From positions 288,001 through 352,000 of the forward strand of contig CAWEJX010000006.1 in NCBI GenBank assembly GCA_963809485.1: a stretch of DNA of 64,000 bases, given 5' to 3'. Shown here in pieces: positions 9,515-20,080 of this stretch. The stretch is from an uncultured Acidobacteriota bacterium (GTDB lineage Bacteria; Acidobacteriota; UBA6911). The notes under the pieces were generated by a model. It made no database searches. It was not told the origin of the DNA and saw only the letters and a list, made by a program, of their open reading frames with translations. Made by a program: the position numbers and the translations under genes. Numbering within the stretch: position 1 is the first letter of the stretch; every line of letters starts with the position of its first letter.

Positions 9515-10393
9515 CTACTTCTCCTGCTTCGCTAGCCGCCCCATGATCTGCTCCACTGCTGCCAATCGAGCATCAAGCGCCCCGTTCTGAGCCTGAAGCG
9601 CTGCAATCATAGAATCCTTCTGTTCAAGCACTGCCTTTTGGTCATCAATAGCTTTTGCCTGTTGCACGGTATAAAGGGTCAGCTCCTCGATCTTCTGCAG
9701 GAGCTTCATCTGAAATTCACTCATGTTCAGTCCCTTGTCCTTGATCTCTGCGGCGGCAGGGATATTGGGCAGGTGTTTCTCTCTGTCGATGAACTTTTCC
9801 AGCTCGTCAATACCCATCAGCCTGTAGCCCGGATCAAAGACGTAATCCGGCACAGGTGCCCCGGAGTCCGTCCAGATGAGATTCCCGTCGATCCGGACAT
9901 TCCCGACGACGTGGAGACGTTCCAGTGGTGCAGTCGTATTGATGCCGACGTTGCCCGTATTCAGGATGGACACTCTTTCGGTTGCTATATCACGGTCCAG
10001 GAATGCGAAGCGGCCGTTCTGGCTGGTGTCGCTGGCGATGAAGGCCATCGTGCCGTACTCGATTGCAGCGCTGCCCACTACTCTACAGAATTGCACTTTG
10101 CCAAGATAGTCGCCCGCCTGGATGTTTGCTGGCGCCAGCTGGGTTCCCCGGGACCGCTCGAGCAGAAATATCGGGGCGAAGGTTCGCGTGAAAGGATCGG
10201 TAGTGCCATAATATCGCCTTAACCTTCCTACGGCCTGAGTTCCTTCAACCGTCAGTTGCCGGTCTGGATTTGTGACCCGATTCCGACGTTGGTTTCAGCT
10301 TCGGCGCCGTTGATGCCGTTGACGCCTCCAAGGACGAGGCTGTTGCTTCGAGTGACTATTGCCTGATGGCCGATTGCTGCAGCATTAGTAATT
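9515..10393 (-). pseudogene. tail-fibre/peptidase-S74-chaperone-type protein copy A, 5'-truncated by IS, frameshift near 10277
   Basis: GNVGINTTAP, PDYVF, KHLPNIP, LLQKIEELTLY plus coiled coil; collinear with 11907..13143. Confidence 0.85.
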
Positions 10394-10400
10394 CGCATTA

Positions 10401-10945
10401 GGGTAAACCGCCGCCTCTGGCGGCGCGACTCGAAAAGGCTCTGCCGTTACGGCGTGCAAATATGAGACGGTCTCCCCACGTGAACAGTCAGGTTCACGAG
10501 AAAGGAGACCGTCATGAGAGAGTGGCAGAGCCTCTCACATGTGAGATGGTACTGCAGGTACCACGTAATATTGGTACCAAAATAGCGCAAGCGGGCGATC
10601 TTCGGATCGCTGCGGAAATCGATCGGTGGGATATTGAGGAAGTTGTGCGAGCGGGAAGGGGTTGAGCTGGTTGAAGGGCATGCGCTCCCCGACCATGTGC
10701 ATCTATGTTTGAGCATTCCGCCGAAGTTCAGCGTGGCAAATACGATCGGCTTCTTGAAAGGGAAGTCGGCGATCCGAATCCATCGAGAATTCTTGGCAAA
10801 GGAAAGAAACTTCACTGGCTACCACTTCTGGGCGCGAGGATACTGTGCAAGCACGGTGGGGCTGGATGAACAGACGATCCGAGACTACATTCGCGATCAG
10901 GAAGAGGAGGAGAAGCGGCAAGAGCAGTTATCGTTTGGGGGGCTA
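10401..10945 (+). mobile_element. IS200/IS605-family element, left end plus tnpA; right end missing
   Basis: left-end hairpin GGTAAACCGCCGCCTCTGGCGGCG followed by tnpA. Confidence 0.85.
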
Positions 10946-11008
10946 TCGCCCCGAGTTTCCGAAGATCCGGGTCAGCAATACCCGCAAGGGCTTTTTCGAA
11001 GAGCCTGA
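10514..11008 (+). pseudogene. tnpA: IS200/IS605 Y1 transposase with TAG at 10583-10585
   Basis: WYCRYHVILVPK*RK, DHVH (HUH), GFLKGKS, FWARGY, YIRDQ. Confidence 0.92.
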
Positions 11009-11606
11009 CTTTCGCGTTCTTTTGGAAAAATTGAATCCGTGGGTGCAGCCTCCGGTCCAGTTCGCATAGCTCACGGGGTGGCGCCTGAGGAGCGAGGTGT
11101 TGCCGCTTCAGTGGAGCCAGGTCGATTTCGAGGCGGGAGAAGTGCGCCTCGAGCCCGGGACCACCAAAAACGACGAGGGCCGGACGTTTCCTTTCGCCGT
11201 GCTGCCCGAACTGGAGCAGCTGCTCAGAACGCAGCGCGAGCGGACCAACGCGCTGCAAAAGGCAACCGGAAGGATTATCCCATGGGTGTTTCATCACAAC
11301 GGAGAGCGGATCGGGGAGTACCTGGGATCCTGGCGCAGCGCCATCACAAAGGCGGGGCTGGCCGGAAAGATCCCGCACGATCTCAGGCGCACCGCGGTCC
11401 GCAACCTCGAGCGCGCCTGCGTTCCGCGCTCCGTTGCGATGAAGCTGGTGGGGCACAAGACCGAGAGCATTTACCGGCGCTACGCCATCGTTGCGAAGCA
11501 GGACCTCGTCGACGGCCTTAAGCGCCTGGCCGATTACAGGGCAGGTCTTGCCAAGGCTCCGGCGGACCCGAAAGCCGTCTCGATCACGAGCGCAGGATTG
11601 CAGTAA
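10941..11606 (+). pseudogene. tyrosine recombinase/phage integrase, C-terminal domain only, TAG at 11067-11069
   Basis: FA*LTGWR, TTKN, HDLRR, LVGH, YRRY catalytic set. Confidence 0.9.
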
Positions 11607-11745
11607 GACGGTTGTGCTTGAATTGTACTTAAACTATCGGAAGGAACCGCGAAAATATCGATATCAGCGAGGAAGGACATAGGATCTAAGTCATTGATAA
11701 ACATAAGAATGGCCGCAATGGGCGTAAATGGCCATGGGGCTTAGA

Positions 11746-11802
11746 GCGGACTCAAAATCCCGCGGTACTTGGTACCATGGGGATTCGCCCCCCCTTCGGC
11801 AC
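11746..11802 (+). other. degenerate 3' portion of tRNA-Leu(CAA), att-site remnant
   Basis: GCGGA-CTCAAAA-TCC anticodon arm, long variable arm GGTAC..GTACC, damaged T-arm, CTTCGGCAC acceptor end; 140 bp after the integrase. Confidence 0.75.
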
Positions 11803-11906
11803 TTTCTTTAAAGGACTTATCCAGATTTATTTGATAGAGTGAAAGGCAGCTATCCATGCTGCTTTGTCTAAACTTTGTCCAAATCCTTTGCTGGACGGAT
11901 GCCGAG

Positions 11907-13143
11907 ATGAAACACACTTGGCTTACGGTAATTGTCTTTATTGTGTTTGCGCTGGCATTAATCACATCCTTGGCGCAAGCAACTGAAATTCAAACTACCA
12001 ATTTAACTTCCTTCGGTTACACCGCCGGCACGGCCGGTGCCAACGTAGCCTTCTTCGGGGACCATGCCGGCGCGGGCAACTCGGGCAGCTATAACTCCTT
12101 CTTCGGAGGCTTTGCCGGCGTTCAAAACACCACGGGTTACGATAACTCCTTCTTCGGGAACTATGCCGGCACCGACACCACGGGCAGCTACAACACTTTT
12201 TTCGGAAGCTATGCCGGCCAATCCAATACCGTGGAAAACGGAAATTCCTTCATAGGTGCGTATTCCGACGGAACAGTTGGGATCTCGAATGCCACGGCAA
12301 TTGGCTATCTATCCATCGTCACTCGTAGCAACAGCCTCGTCCTCGGGAGCGTCAACGGACAGAATGGCGCTACGGCGGAAACCAATGTCGGGATCGGGGT
12401 AACCAATCCGGATCGCCAATTGACGGTTGAGGGGACTCAGGCGGCGGTAGGAAGGTTACGACGATATTATGGCACTGCGGATGCCTTCACACGCACGTTC
12501 GCTCCTACGTTTCTGCTTGAACGGTCCCGAGGGACTCAGGCGTCGCCGGCCAACATCTGGGCGGGCGATTATCTCGGCAAAGTGCAATTCCGGGGAGTAG
12601 TGGGCAGCACTGCCATCGAGTATGGCGCGATGGCCTTCATCGCCACCGACACCAGCCAGAACGGCCGTTTTTCATTTCTTGACCTGGATCTTTCAACTGA
12701 GAGAATGGTGATCCCTGAATACCGGCAACGTCGGCATCAACACGACTGCGCCACTGGAACGGCTCCACGTAGTTGGAAATGTGCGGATTGACGGGGACCT
12801 AATCTGGACGGATCCCGGGGCTGCCATGCCGGACTACGTCTTTGATCCTGACTATAAGCTAATGGGTATCGATGAACTGGGGAAATTCATCACAGGAGAG
12901 AAACACCTGCCAAATATCCCCGCAGCCGCCGAGATTAGAGACAAGGGGCTGAACATGGGCGATTTTCAGATGAAGCTGCTGGAAAAGATCGAGGAGCTGA
13001 CGCTTTATACAGTACAGCAGTCGAAAGCTATTGATGACCAGAAGGCATTGCTAGAACAAAAGGATGCAAGGATCGCGGAACTTGATGCGCGTATAGATGC
13101 CCTTGAGAAGATGATGGGGCGATTGGCAAAACTAGAGAAGTAG
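11907..13143 (+). CDS. secreted fibre-like protein with Gly-rich NSFFG repeats and C-terminal S74-type chaperone/coiled coil, copy B; frameshift near 12712
   Basis: signal peptide; repeats NSFFGGFAG/NSFFGNYAG/NTFFGSYAG; ORFs 11856..12791 and 12781..13143 join if one C is removed from ATCCCTG. Confidence 0.85.
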
Positions 13144-13539
13144 TAGTACCAAGACCAGTGTTACAACAGCACTAAATCTACCGAGAAGATGCGAAGATGC
13201 GGACACCCATTGGTGGTCCCTATCCGGGATGGCCGAAATAGGCAGAATGAATTCACAGACTTCCCAAAGAAAAAGCCGGACCAACAGCTTCATAGCCTCC
13301 TGATCGCTATACAATTCGTGATGCGCGATTACCAATCCATGGCACATTTTGGATTTTGTTTGGGTATTCGACCAGTATTATTGGCTAAAATATCCACCAC
13401 TGTGAAAAACGAATTTATGACCGTTCCTTTCATTGAGGCGAATGCACTTGTACTCAAAAGCTGCCTCCGCCGCAAACCAATGCCTCAGTGAAAACACAAT
13501 GGATGCATTTTGGGTAGAACGAGTGAGGGGGAGAGCATT

Positions 13540-14127
13540 ATGAATATTCGCAGGATCTTAAGTGCAGTAACAGGGTGTTTGGCGCCGTTGATGCCCGCGT
13601 TTTCTCAGAGTCCGGAGACGGTCAATATCGATCCATTTTACGCAACATTGGATGCCAACAAAGACGGGTTCATAGGCAGGGGAGAATGGAAGGAGTTTGG
13701 ATTATTGGATGCGTCCTTCCCGCTTTGCGATCCCGACAAGGATGACAAGATCACCAAACAGGAGATGGCAGCTTGTGCCGTTCCGGAATCGATGGATCCC
13801 AGGAAGGAAGGGGTTCTCACCGTATATTCCGGGGGACGTTTTGTAATTCCATCGCCTGGAGCCTCGTTCCCTAAACCCGCGAATGCCCCGCCGGGAATCA
13901 TGCAGGCGACGCAAATGGTCTCCGACAGCCCCTATGTGGAAGGCGGACCGACTGGACAGGATTTCGTCAAAATGTTCGATGCGGATGGAGACGGAAAAAT
14001 CAACCACGATGAGTGGGAGAAGCTGAAGAACAATACCGTCTTCAAGCCATTTCGCTGGCCGCAATACAACAGGAACCGGGACCAGTGGATCACCGTGGAC
14101 GAGGCCCCAAAGGCGCCCTCGAAGTAA
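13540..14127 (+). CDS. secreted EF-hand protein
   Basis: DANKDGFIGRGE, DPDKDDKITKQE, DADGDGKINHDE, NRNRDQWITVDE loops; signal peptide. Confidence 0.85.
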   Translation: MNIRRILSAVTGCLAPLMPAFSQSPETVNIDPFYATLDANKDGFIGRGEWKEFGLLDASFPLCDPDKDDKITKQEMAACAVPESMDPRKEGVLTVYSGGRFVIPSPGASFPKPANAPPGIMQATQMVSDSPYVEGGPTGQDFVKMFDADGDGKINHDEWEKLKNNTVFKPFRWPQYNRNRDQWITVDEAPKAPSK

Positions 14128-14130
14128 TTT

Positions 14131-14254
14131 CATTGGTAAACCCGCGGCTCTGCCGGGGGGCTCAAAGAGTTTGACAGCTCCGTATTTTGAAACGATGAGA
14201 AACGCTGATAAAAGCGCTGACAAACGCGGATTTGTTCGGCGAGGGTCGGCGAGC
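14131..14254 (+). repeat. partial IS200/IS605-derived non-coding element
   Basis: near-identical to 31213-31336. Confidence 0.85.
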
Positions 14255-14401
14255 CGATTTGCCCGGTCAGATCCCAATACTATGGAATTGGGGAAGCTTG
14301 GGTGAGGGGCGTTTTATTCCTACGCGGCATCGTACACCGGGGCGGATGAGATTCCGGCGGAATGAACCGATCCGGCAAAGTGGTCTCAAAGGAAAGCTGA
14401 G

Positions 14402-15040
14402 TTAATGGCAGTTGCATCCATCAGAGCAATGCTCGCCCTTCAGGACTTCAACCCCCTCGTTGGCAATGATCGGAACCATTATTAGGGCGGCTATGGGGTC
14501 AGCCCACCACCATCCGAAAAGCGCATTGAGAAGCAGCCCGCAAAGCAGGATAGCCGACAAATAGGCGCAGAAGTCAGTCTGGCGTGAATCCGCCCGCATG
14601 GCAGCACTGCTGATTTTGGAGGCAACCTGTCTCTTGGACCGTGCGAGCAGCGGCATCACAACGACGGACACAGCGGCAATTGCAATGCCGGGAATGCTCC
14701 GTTCCGGAGCTTCATGCCGGACCAGAATCGATACAGAATCATAGAGAATGTATAAAGCCAATCCCATGAAGCAAAATCCGACGATTCTCAAAGTCGCCCG
14801 TTCCACGGATTCGCGCCGCTCGGGATTGAATTCATGGCGAAGCCGCCACAATAGCGCAGTTCCCGAAGTTACCTCGATTGCGCTGTCTATCCCGAATCCG
14901 ACAAGCGAGACCGACCCGGCGATCAGTCCGGCAACGATTGAGATAATGCCTTCCAGGCAGTTATAAATAATCGTGAAATACTCCAGCCTGCGTCCATGCC
15001 TGACGTATCTTTCTCTGTTGGGGTCCGGATCTTGTTTCAT
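14402..15040 (-). CDS. cation efflux (CDF-like) transporter
   Basis: GSVSLVGFGIDS, ADSRQT, WWADP motifs; multi-TM. Confidence 0.85.
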   Translation of the reverse strand: MKQDPDPNRERYVRHGRRLEYFTIIYNCLEGIISIVAGLIAGSVSLVGFGIDSAIEVTSGTALLWRLRHEFNPERRESVERATLRIVGFCFMGLALYILYDSVSILVRHEAPERSIPGIAIAAVSVVVMPLLARSKRQVASKISSAAMRADSRQTDFCAYLSAILLCGLLLNALFGWWWADPIAALIMVPIIANEGVEVLKGEHCSDGCNCH

Positions 15041-15186
15041 GATTTCGGAATATATCAGTCCAACCTTCAAATAGGGAACTTTGCTGCGAATGCATCTTTA
15101 CGGTCGGGAACACAGTAAGGCCGCACCGATACACCTTTCCGCTTGCACTGACGAAGCGAACTCACAAATGCCGGCACTCGAAAAAA

Positions 15187-16326
15187 TTACGCCAGAAGCT
15201 GTTGCGCCCGGATCAGGCGGTTCCGGACATCGACTCCATTCGGACACTCCACGGCGCAGGAAGAGCAGTCGCTGCATCGAACCCTGAGGATTTCCTGCGG
15301 AAGCCGCCTGAAATACCCGCGCGCCTGCTCGAAGTTGCCACCGAAATCGTGGTAAGCCAGGAACCGCAATTCATCGGTAACAGGCACCCCATTCGGGCAT
15401 TGGCCTTTGCATTCATAGCACATGCGGCAGTACCGGGACCGGATCTCCTCATTGCGCACGTACAGCATTTTCTCGTCCTGGGAGGTGTAAGGCTCCGTCA
15501 TCGCCCGGAAATTCATCTCGAGTTCGGCTATGTTTTTGGCAAAAGGCACCGTGGTTGAGATCGCGGGATTCATGAGAACCCACTTGATGGCGGCCAGCGG
15601 GCCCTCGTTTTTCAGCCTCAACTCTTTGGGAGGGATGAATCCGGCTACGGCAAGAATGACTTTCATCGCCACCACCCCGATTCCCGCATCATGCAGCTTG
15701 CGTATGGCCGCATTGCGCAGATGCGAACCTATCGGGTAGCTGTAGGTAGTCTGCACGACATCGAATTTGCCGATCTCAAGGATTTTATCCACGACCGCAT
15801 ATATGTCGTGCGCGCTGACGCCGATAAATCGGGTCTTGCCCTGTTTTTTCAGCGATTCGCAGGCCTCGACCGCCTCGTCCGTGATGGCATCCGGTGTGTC
15901 CCGGGAATGCAGATGCCAGATGTCAACGTAATCCGTCTGCAGAGCCTTCAGACTGGCGTCGATATCCCTGAGGACTTCCGCTTTGGTTTTTCCATCGGTT
16001 TTGGTCGCGATGACAACCTTGTCTCTCTTTCCTTTGAGAGCAGCCCCCGCGATCTCCTCGCTTTGGCCCTGCTGGTACATGCGGGCGGTATCGTAGTAGG
16101 TGACCCCCAATTCCGCAGCACGAGCGACGACTGCCGGATCGATCTGTGAGTATCCGACGCCGCAACCGACAGCAGACACTTTCAGCCCGGTCTTACCCAG
16201 CGTCCGATAGGCCGGGCCGGCAGAAGTCTGGCTAAAGGCGTCCGGGTAGTGCGATGCGACAAAGCCCGCTGCGGGCAGGATCAATCCGGACTGCAGAAAC
16301 CTTCTTCGCGATGAATCGAATTCCAC
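15187..16326 (-). CDS. Tat-exported aldo/keto reductase with C-terminal 4Fe-4S domain
   Basis: SRRRFLQ Tat motif, RTLGKTG, YDTARMY, CRMCYECKGQCP, CSDCSSCAVECP. Confidence 0.9.
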   Translation of the reverse strand: MEFDSSRRRFLQSGLILPAAGFVASHYPDAFSQTSAGPAYRTLGKTGLKVSAVGCGVGYSQIDPAVVARAAELGVTYYDTARMYQQGQSEEIAGAALKGKRDKVVIATKTDGKTKAEVLRDIDASLKALQTDYVDIWHLHSRDTPDAITDEAVEACESLKKQGKTRFIGVSAHDIYAVVDKILEIGKFDVVQTTYSYPIGSHLRNAAIRKLHDAGIGVVAMKVILAVAGFIPPKELRLKNEGPLAAIKWVLMNPAISTTVPFAKNIAELEMNFRAMTEPYTSQDEKMLYVRNEEIRSRYCRMCYECKGQCPNGVPVTDELRFLAYHDFGGNFEQARGYFRRLPQEILRVRCSDCSSCAVECPNGVDVRNRLIRAQQLLA

Positions 16327-16693
16327 AAAGCCTCCTTTCACGGCAAAGCTCATGGGTTCAGGGTTCGAATTTCGATCGATGCAACGACCTTATTGCGCAG
16401 CCTTTGCTGCAGCAAGATACCATAGTGACGACACTGTTCTCAATCCACCCGGCTTTCAGCCCGTTGAAAACGGCAACGTATTTTCCGGTAGCCGTCTCAA
16501 GATGACGGCGATATAGGGTCTTCCCGCCACAACCCGGATTGTAGCCCCGGAATTTGCATGTCTGGAATCGGGTTAGACTCTCTGACTCAGTGGTCAGCGG
16601 TTTTTATTTATTTTCCTGCATAAAAGGGTGGGTTATAGTGGCGAGTGGTGCGCGCGCGATCATTATCGCATCCATTCCAGGAGGGAACGGAAC

Positions 16694-18682
16694 ATGACGG
16701 ATTTCATCAATGCCAGCGTGGCGGAGTGGCCTTATCCCGTGAACTATGGAAAGGAGAACGTTGTCACCGCCGATGTCGTCATCCTCGGCGGAGGCATTGC
16801 GGGATGCCATGCTGCCGTACATGCGGCGAGGCGGGGAGCGAAGGTTGTTGTTGTCGACAAAGGGCCGGTGATCCGCAGCGGCTCGGGCGGGGCCGGCGTC
16901 GATCATTGGCACGCCGCCTGCACGAATCCCTGCTCCAAGGTCACGCCGGAAGAGATGATGGAAATCGTCAAAGTGTTTGGCGACTACTCTTACCATGAAT
17001 ACGGCAACGGCATCACCTGTTACATCCAATGCAAGGAAAGCTATGATGCGCTTCTGGACGTCGAGGGCATGGGAGTGAAGGTCCGGGATGTCGACGATCA
17101 ATTCGTGGGCGCCGAGTTCCGCGACGAAAAAACCAAGCTCATGTTTGCCTACGACTATGTGAACAGGACCTGCATCCGCGTCAACGGCGGAGCCCACATC
17201 AAAGTCGCTCTGTACAAGGAACTCAAAAGACTCGGAGTGCAGGTTTTTGACCGCATCATGGTCACAAGCCTGCTCAATGAGGGGGGCAAGCCGGGCGGAC
17301 GGGTGGCAGGGGCTGCCGGCGTCAACATGCGCACCGGCGAGTTTTACATATTCAACGCCAAGGCCGCGATACTGTCGATGTCGGTTTTTGCCGGACAGTG
17401 GGTGTTTTCCACAGAGATCGCCGGCCTCAGCTCCATCTTCAACGATCCGAACAACTCGGGTGACGGCACGGCTATGGCCTGGAATGCCGGGGCCGATCTG
17501 GCATTGATGGAAAGGAGCGGCCGCGGGCTGTCGAGCGGATTCTTCCGCTATCCCCCATACGGGACGGGCGACCACAACAACACCTGGTTTGCCTGCACCA
17601 TCGTCGATGCCAACGGCAAAGAGATCCCTTATGTGGACAGAGAGGGGAATGTTCTGAAGACGGTTTCGGAACGTAACCGTCCCGCGCCCGGTCAAAAGTA
17701 CTTTATGTACGGCCGCATGGGTCCCAAAGCGATTTGGGGGCCCGGCCTCATTCCGGATCTGTCGGAACGAATAGCAAAAGGGGAGTACGCCTTGCCCCTG
17801 TACGCCGATCTGCCCGGCATGCCGGAGCACGAGCGCCGCGCAATCTGGGGTTTGATGATCTATAACGAAGGCAAGTGCAGCATCATTTACGACAATTACT
17901 GCAAGGCCGGATTTGATCCCGACAAAGACATGCTTCAACTGCCGGTCATGCCTCCAGAACAATACGGCCGCGGGCCCGCCTGGGAGACCTACGGGCCGCG
18001 TCAGTGGCGTGAAGGAGCCTTCGGCGGCGGCGGGGGCATCGTTTTTGACTGGGATCTGAAATCAAGTCTGGACGGGCTCTATGTCGCGGGCAGCCAGCAA
18101 TATTCAGGCGGAACACACGCCCACGCCGCTGCAACGGGCAGATATGCGGGACGAAAGGCCGCCGGCTATTCGAAGCGGGCCATTCTGGGCGCCATTGATA
18201 GAAAGCAGGTAGAGGCCGAAAAAGCGCGCGTCTACGCGCCCGCCATGCGCAAGGACGGCATCGGCTGGAAGGAATTAAGGTCCGGGCTGTGCCGTGTCAT
18301 GCAGGATTACTGCGGCGAGTTCAAGAGCGAACCGGTTCTGAAAACGGGCCTGCACTGGATCCGCAGCATCCGTGAGAGCGAAGCCCCGACGGCCTTCGCA
18401 AGAAATCCCCATGAGCTTTGCCGGGTTCTCGAATGCCATACCCACATGACGATCGCGGAGATCATCATGCAGGCTTCGCTCGCGCGCAAAGCCAGCAGCG
18501 CGCTTCTGGATTTCAAGCGACTGGACTATCCGGAAGTCGATCCCCCGGAATGGAACAAAATTGTGACCATCCGGCTGGAAAACAACAGGGTCAAGGCCGG
18601 AGAGCTTCCCATGAAGTACTGGCTCCTGCCGCCCTGCGCACCGGACTACGAAGAAAATTACAGGAAGCACAGCGAACTATAG
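16694..18682 (+). CDS. FAD-dependent oxidoreductase, AprA/SdhA-like flavoprotein
   Basis: VILGGGIAG, RSGSGGAGVDH, NSGDGTAMA, GLYVAG, helical C-terminal domain. Confidence 0.85.
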   Translation: MTDFINASVAEWPYPVNYGKENVVTADVVILGGGIAGCHAAVHAARRGAKVVVVDKGPVIRSGSGGAGVDHWHAACTNPCSKVTPEEMMEIVKVFGDYSYHEYGNGITCYIQCKESYDALLDVEGMGVKVRDVDDQFVGAEFRDEKTKLMFAYDYVNRTCIRVNGGAHIKVALYKELKRLGVQVFDRIMVTSLLNEGGKPGGRVAGAAGVNMRTGEFYIFNAKAAILSMSVFAGQWVFSTEIAGLSSIFNDPNNSGDGTAMAWNAGADLALMERSGRGLSSGFFRYPPYGTGDHNNTWFACTIVDANGKEIPYVDREGNVLKTVSERNRPAPGQKYFMYGRMGPKAIWGPGLIPDLSERIAKGEYALPLYADLPGMPEHERRAIWGLMIYNEGKCSIIYDNYCKAGFDPDKDMLQLPVMPPEQYGRGPAWETYGPRQWREGAFGGGGGIVFDWDLKSSLDGLYVAGSQQYSGGTHAHAAATGRYAGRKAAGYSKRAILGAIDRKQVEAEKARVYAPAMRKDGIGWKELRSGLCRVMQDYCGEFKSEPVLKTGLHWIRSIRESEAPTAFARNPHELCRVLECHTHMTIAEIIMQASLARKASSALLDFKRLDYPEVDPPEWNKIVTIRLENNRVKAGELPMKYWLLPPCAPDYEENYRKHSEL

Positions 18683-18708
18683 GGATCAACGATCCGGAGG
18701 TATTGATC

Positions 18709-19047
18709 ATGTCGGAAAAAGCTCTTTTGGTGACCAACCCCCCATCCGCCTGCAAGGCAATCCTATTCGATGCCGATCTTTGCACCGCTTGTCTGAATTG
18801 CGTCGAGGTGTGCCGGACGGACGTGTTGATCCCCAATCCGAAACAGGGCGAGCCGCCCATTGTGCTGTATCCCGATGAATGCTGGTTCTGCGGCAGCTGC
18901 GTGGCGCATTGCCCCTGTCCCGGCGCCATCCGGATGGAGCATCCTTTGAGCCAGCGCGCGACCTGGAAACGGAAAGAAACCGGAGAGCTGTTCCGTATCG
19001 GGATGAAGAATCCTCCTCCGCCGAATACCAAGCCACCGGTTTGCTAG
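18709..19047 (+). CDS. AprB-like 2x[4Fe-4S] ferredoxin
   Basis: CTACLNCVEVC, PDECWFCGSCVAHCP, followed by WKRK. Confidence 0.85.
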   Translation: MSEKALLVTNPPSACKAILFDADLCTACLNCVEVCRTDVLIPNPKQGEPPIVLYPDECWFCGSCVAHCPCPGAIRMEHPLSQRATWKRKETGELFRIGMKNPPPPNTKPPVC

Positions 19048-19357
19048 CGGAGAGTGGCTAACGGAGCATCGCAAAACAAGACGGAACTCCGCCCCGCGGC
19101 ATCCGAACGGCTCCAGTAAACGAGTTTCGAAAATGCGTTACGCGCTGCAATGGCAATTATAGGGTAAAGAGCTTTTCCTGTTGCGATCAGCTCTTTACCA
19201 TTGCCTTTGATGGACCATCCATACAGGCGGTTCTTCAATGCAGGAATAGGATAGCGTTTAGTGCCGCAGCCGCGCCTATAGGAAGATCCGCAAATGCGGC
19301 ATATCCTACAAGTTTTTGCGTTTTCAAAAATCTTTTTTAATCCGGCTCAATACCTGT

Positions 19358-19738
19358 TCACTGCCACGGATACTTATCGAATGGGAACTCTGTGCGGGAG
19401 TTCTTGACCGCCGCTGGATAATCCTTCTGGTTCAGGTCCGGAAACCATCCCACCAATTCACGATAAACCATACATTTGTCCCGTTGCGCCGACAGCCGCG
19501 AATCGGGGCCGACGGCTGCAAACAAAGCTGCCTCGGATACCGAATCCGACGACATGCGCAGCCCGCCGCCTTCCGCGGTATCGAAAATCAGGAATTTCGG
19601 GCTTTTCGAGGAGCTATTGTCCCATGCGGGCCACTCCGGCAGTTTCCCATCCCGTCCGCGTCCGGGAGCGCCGTGATAGGCGAACTCTGCCCAATAGGAC
19701 ATTATTTGTTTCGACAATGCCAGGCGTGTTTCCCGGGT
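19358..19738 (-). pseudogene. C-terminal fragment of a type-B carboxylesterase
   Basis: LSKQIMSYWAEFAYHGAPG...WPAWD; no N-terminal catalytic part upstream. Confidence 0.7.
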
Positions 19739-20080
19739 GTGCTGCCAACCGCGGGCATGTATGCTGGATGTGAAGTATCTGAATGCATTTTGCATTTTTG
19801 CGGTAAAATCTGCCTGGATATCATTCGAACAATGAGATGAGCATCTGGTGGTTGCCACAAAATGATATTGTCAGAAACTGCCGTCGCCGGCTGCCCAAGC
19901 GGTATGCAGCTTGTTCGGCCCATCCGCTGGGACCGCGGGATGCGCTTTTTATAGCGTCTCACGATGGCTCTGTGTAACTCGTCCGTCCGAATGAAGGACG
20001 GGTCGCCGGGCTGGTCGATGGGGACGAGATAGCCGTGCTTATGCCGCCGGTCATCGGGTGATCTCAGAAAGGAGTTCAAC

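Noticed and set aside
3584-11069. Stop-codon reassignment in the prophage
   Set aside because: Internal stops are of two types (TAA, TAG), neighbouring genes end normally in TAG, and a deletion in the endolysin also indicates decay
11746-11802. Functional tRNA-Leu
   Set aside because: The 5' acceptor strand and D-arm are missing, the T-arm is damaged and there is no CCA
9515-13143. Diversity-generating retroelement TR/VR pair
   Set aside because: Differences are not confined to adenines and no reverse transcriptase is in the window
16694-19047. Assigning aprA/aprB symbols and a sulfate-reduction role
   Set aside because: Only family-level similarity is visible and there is no supporting pathway context
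19978-20060. MoaD/ThiS-like tail (LVDGDEIAVLMPPVIG*) or Sec read-through
   Set aside because: There is an upstream in-frame stop, no terminal GG and no SECIS-like hairpin; at most a remnant
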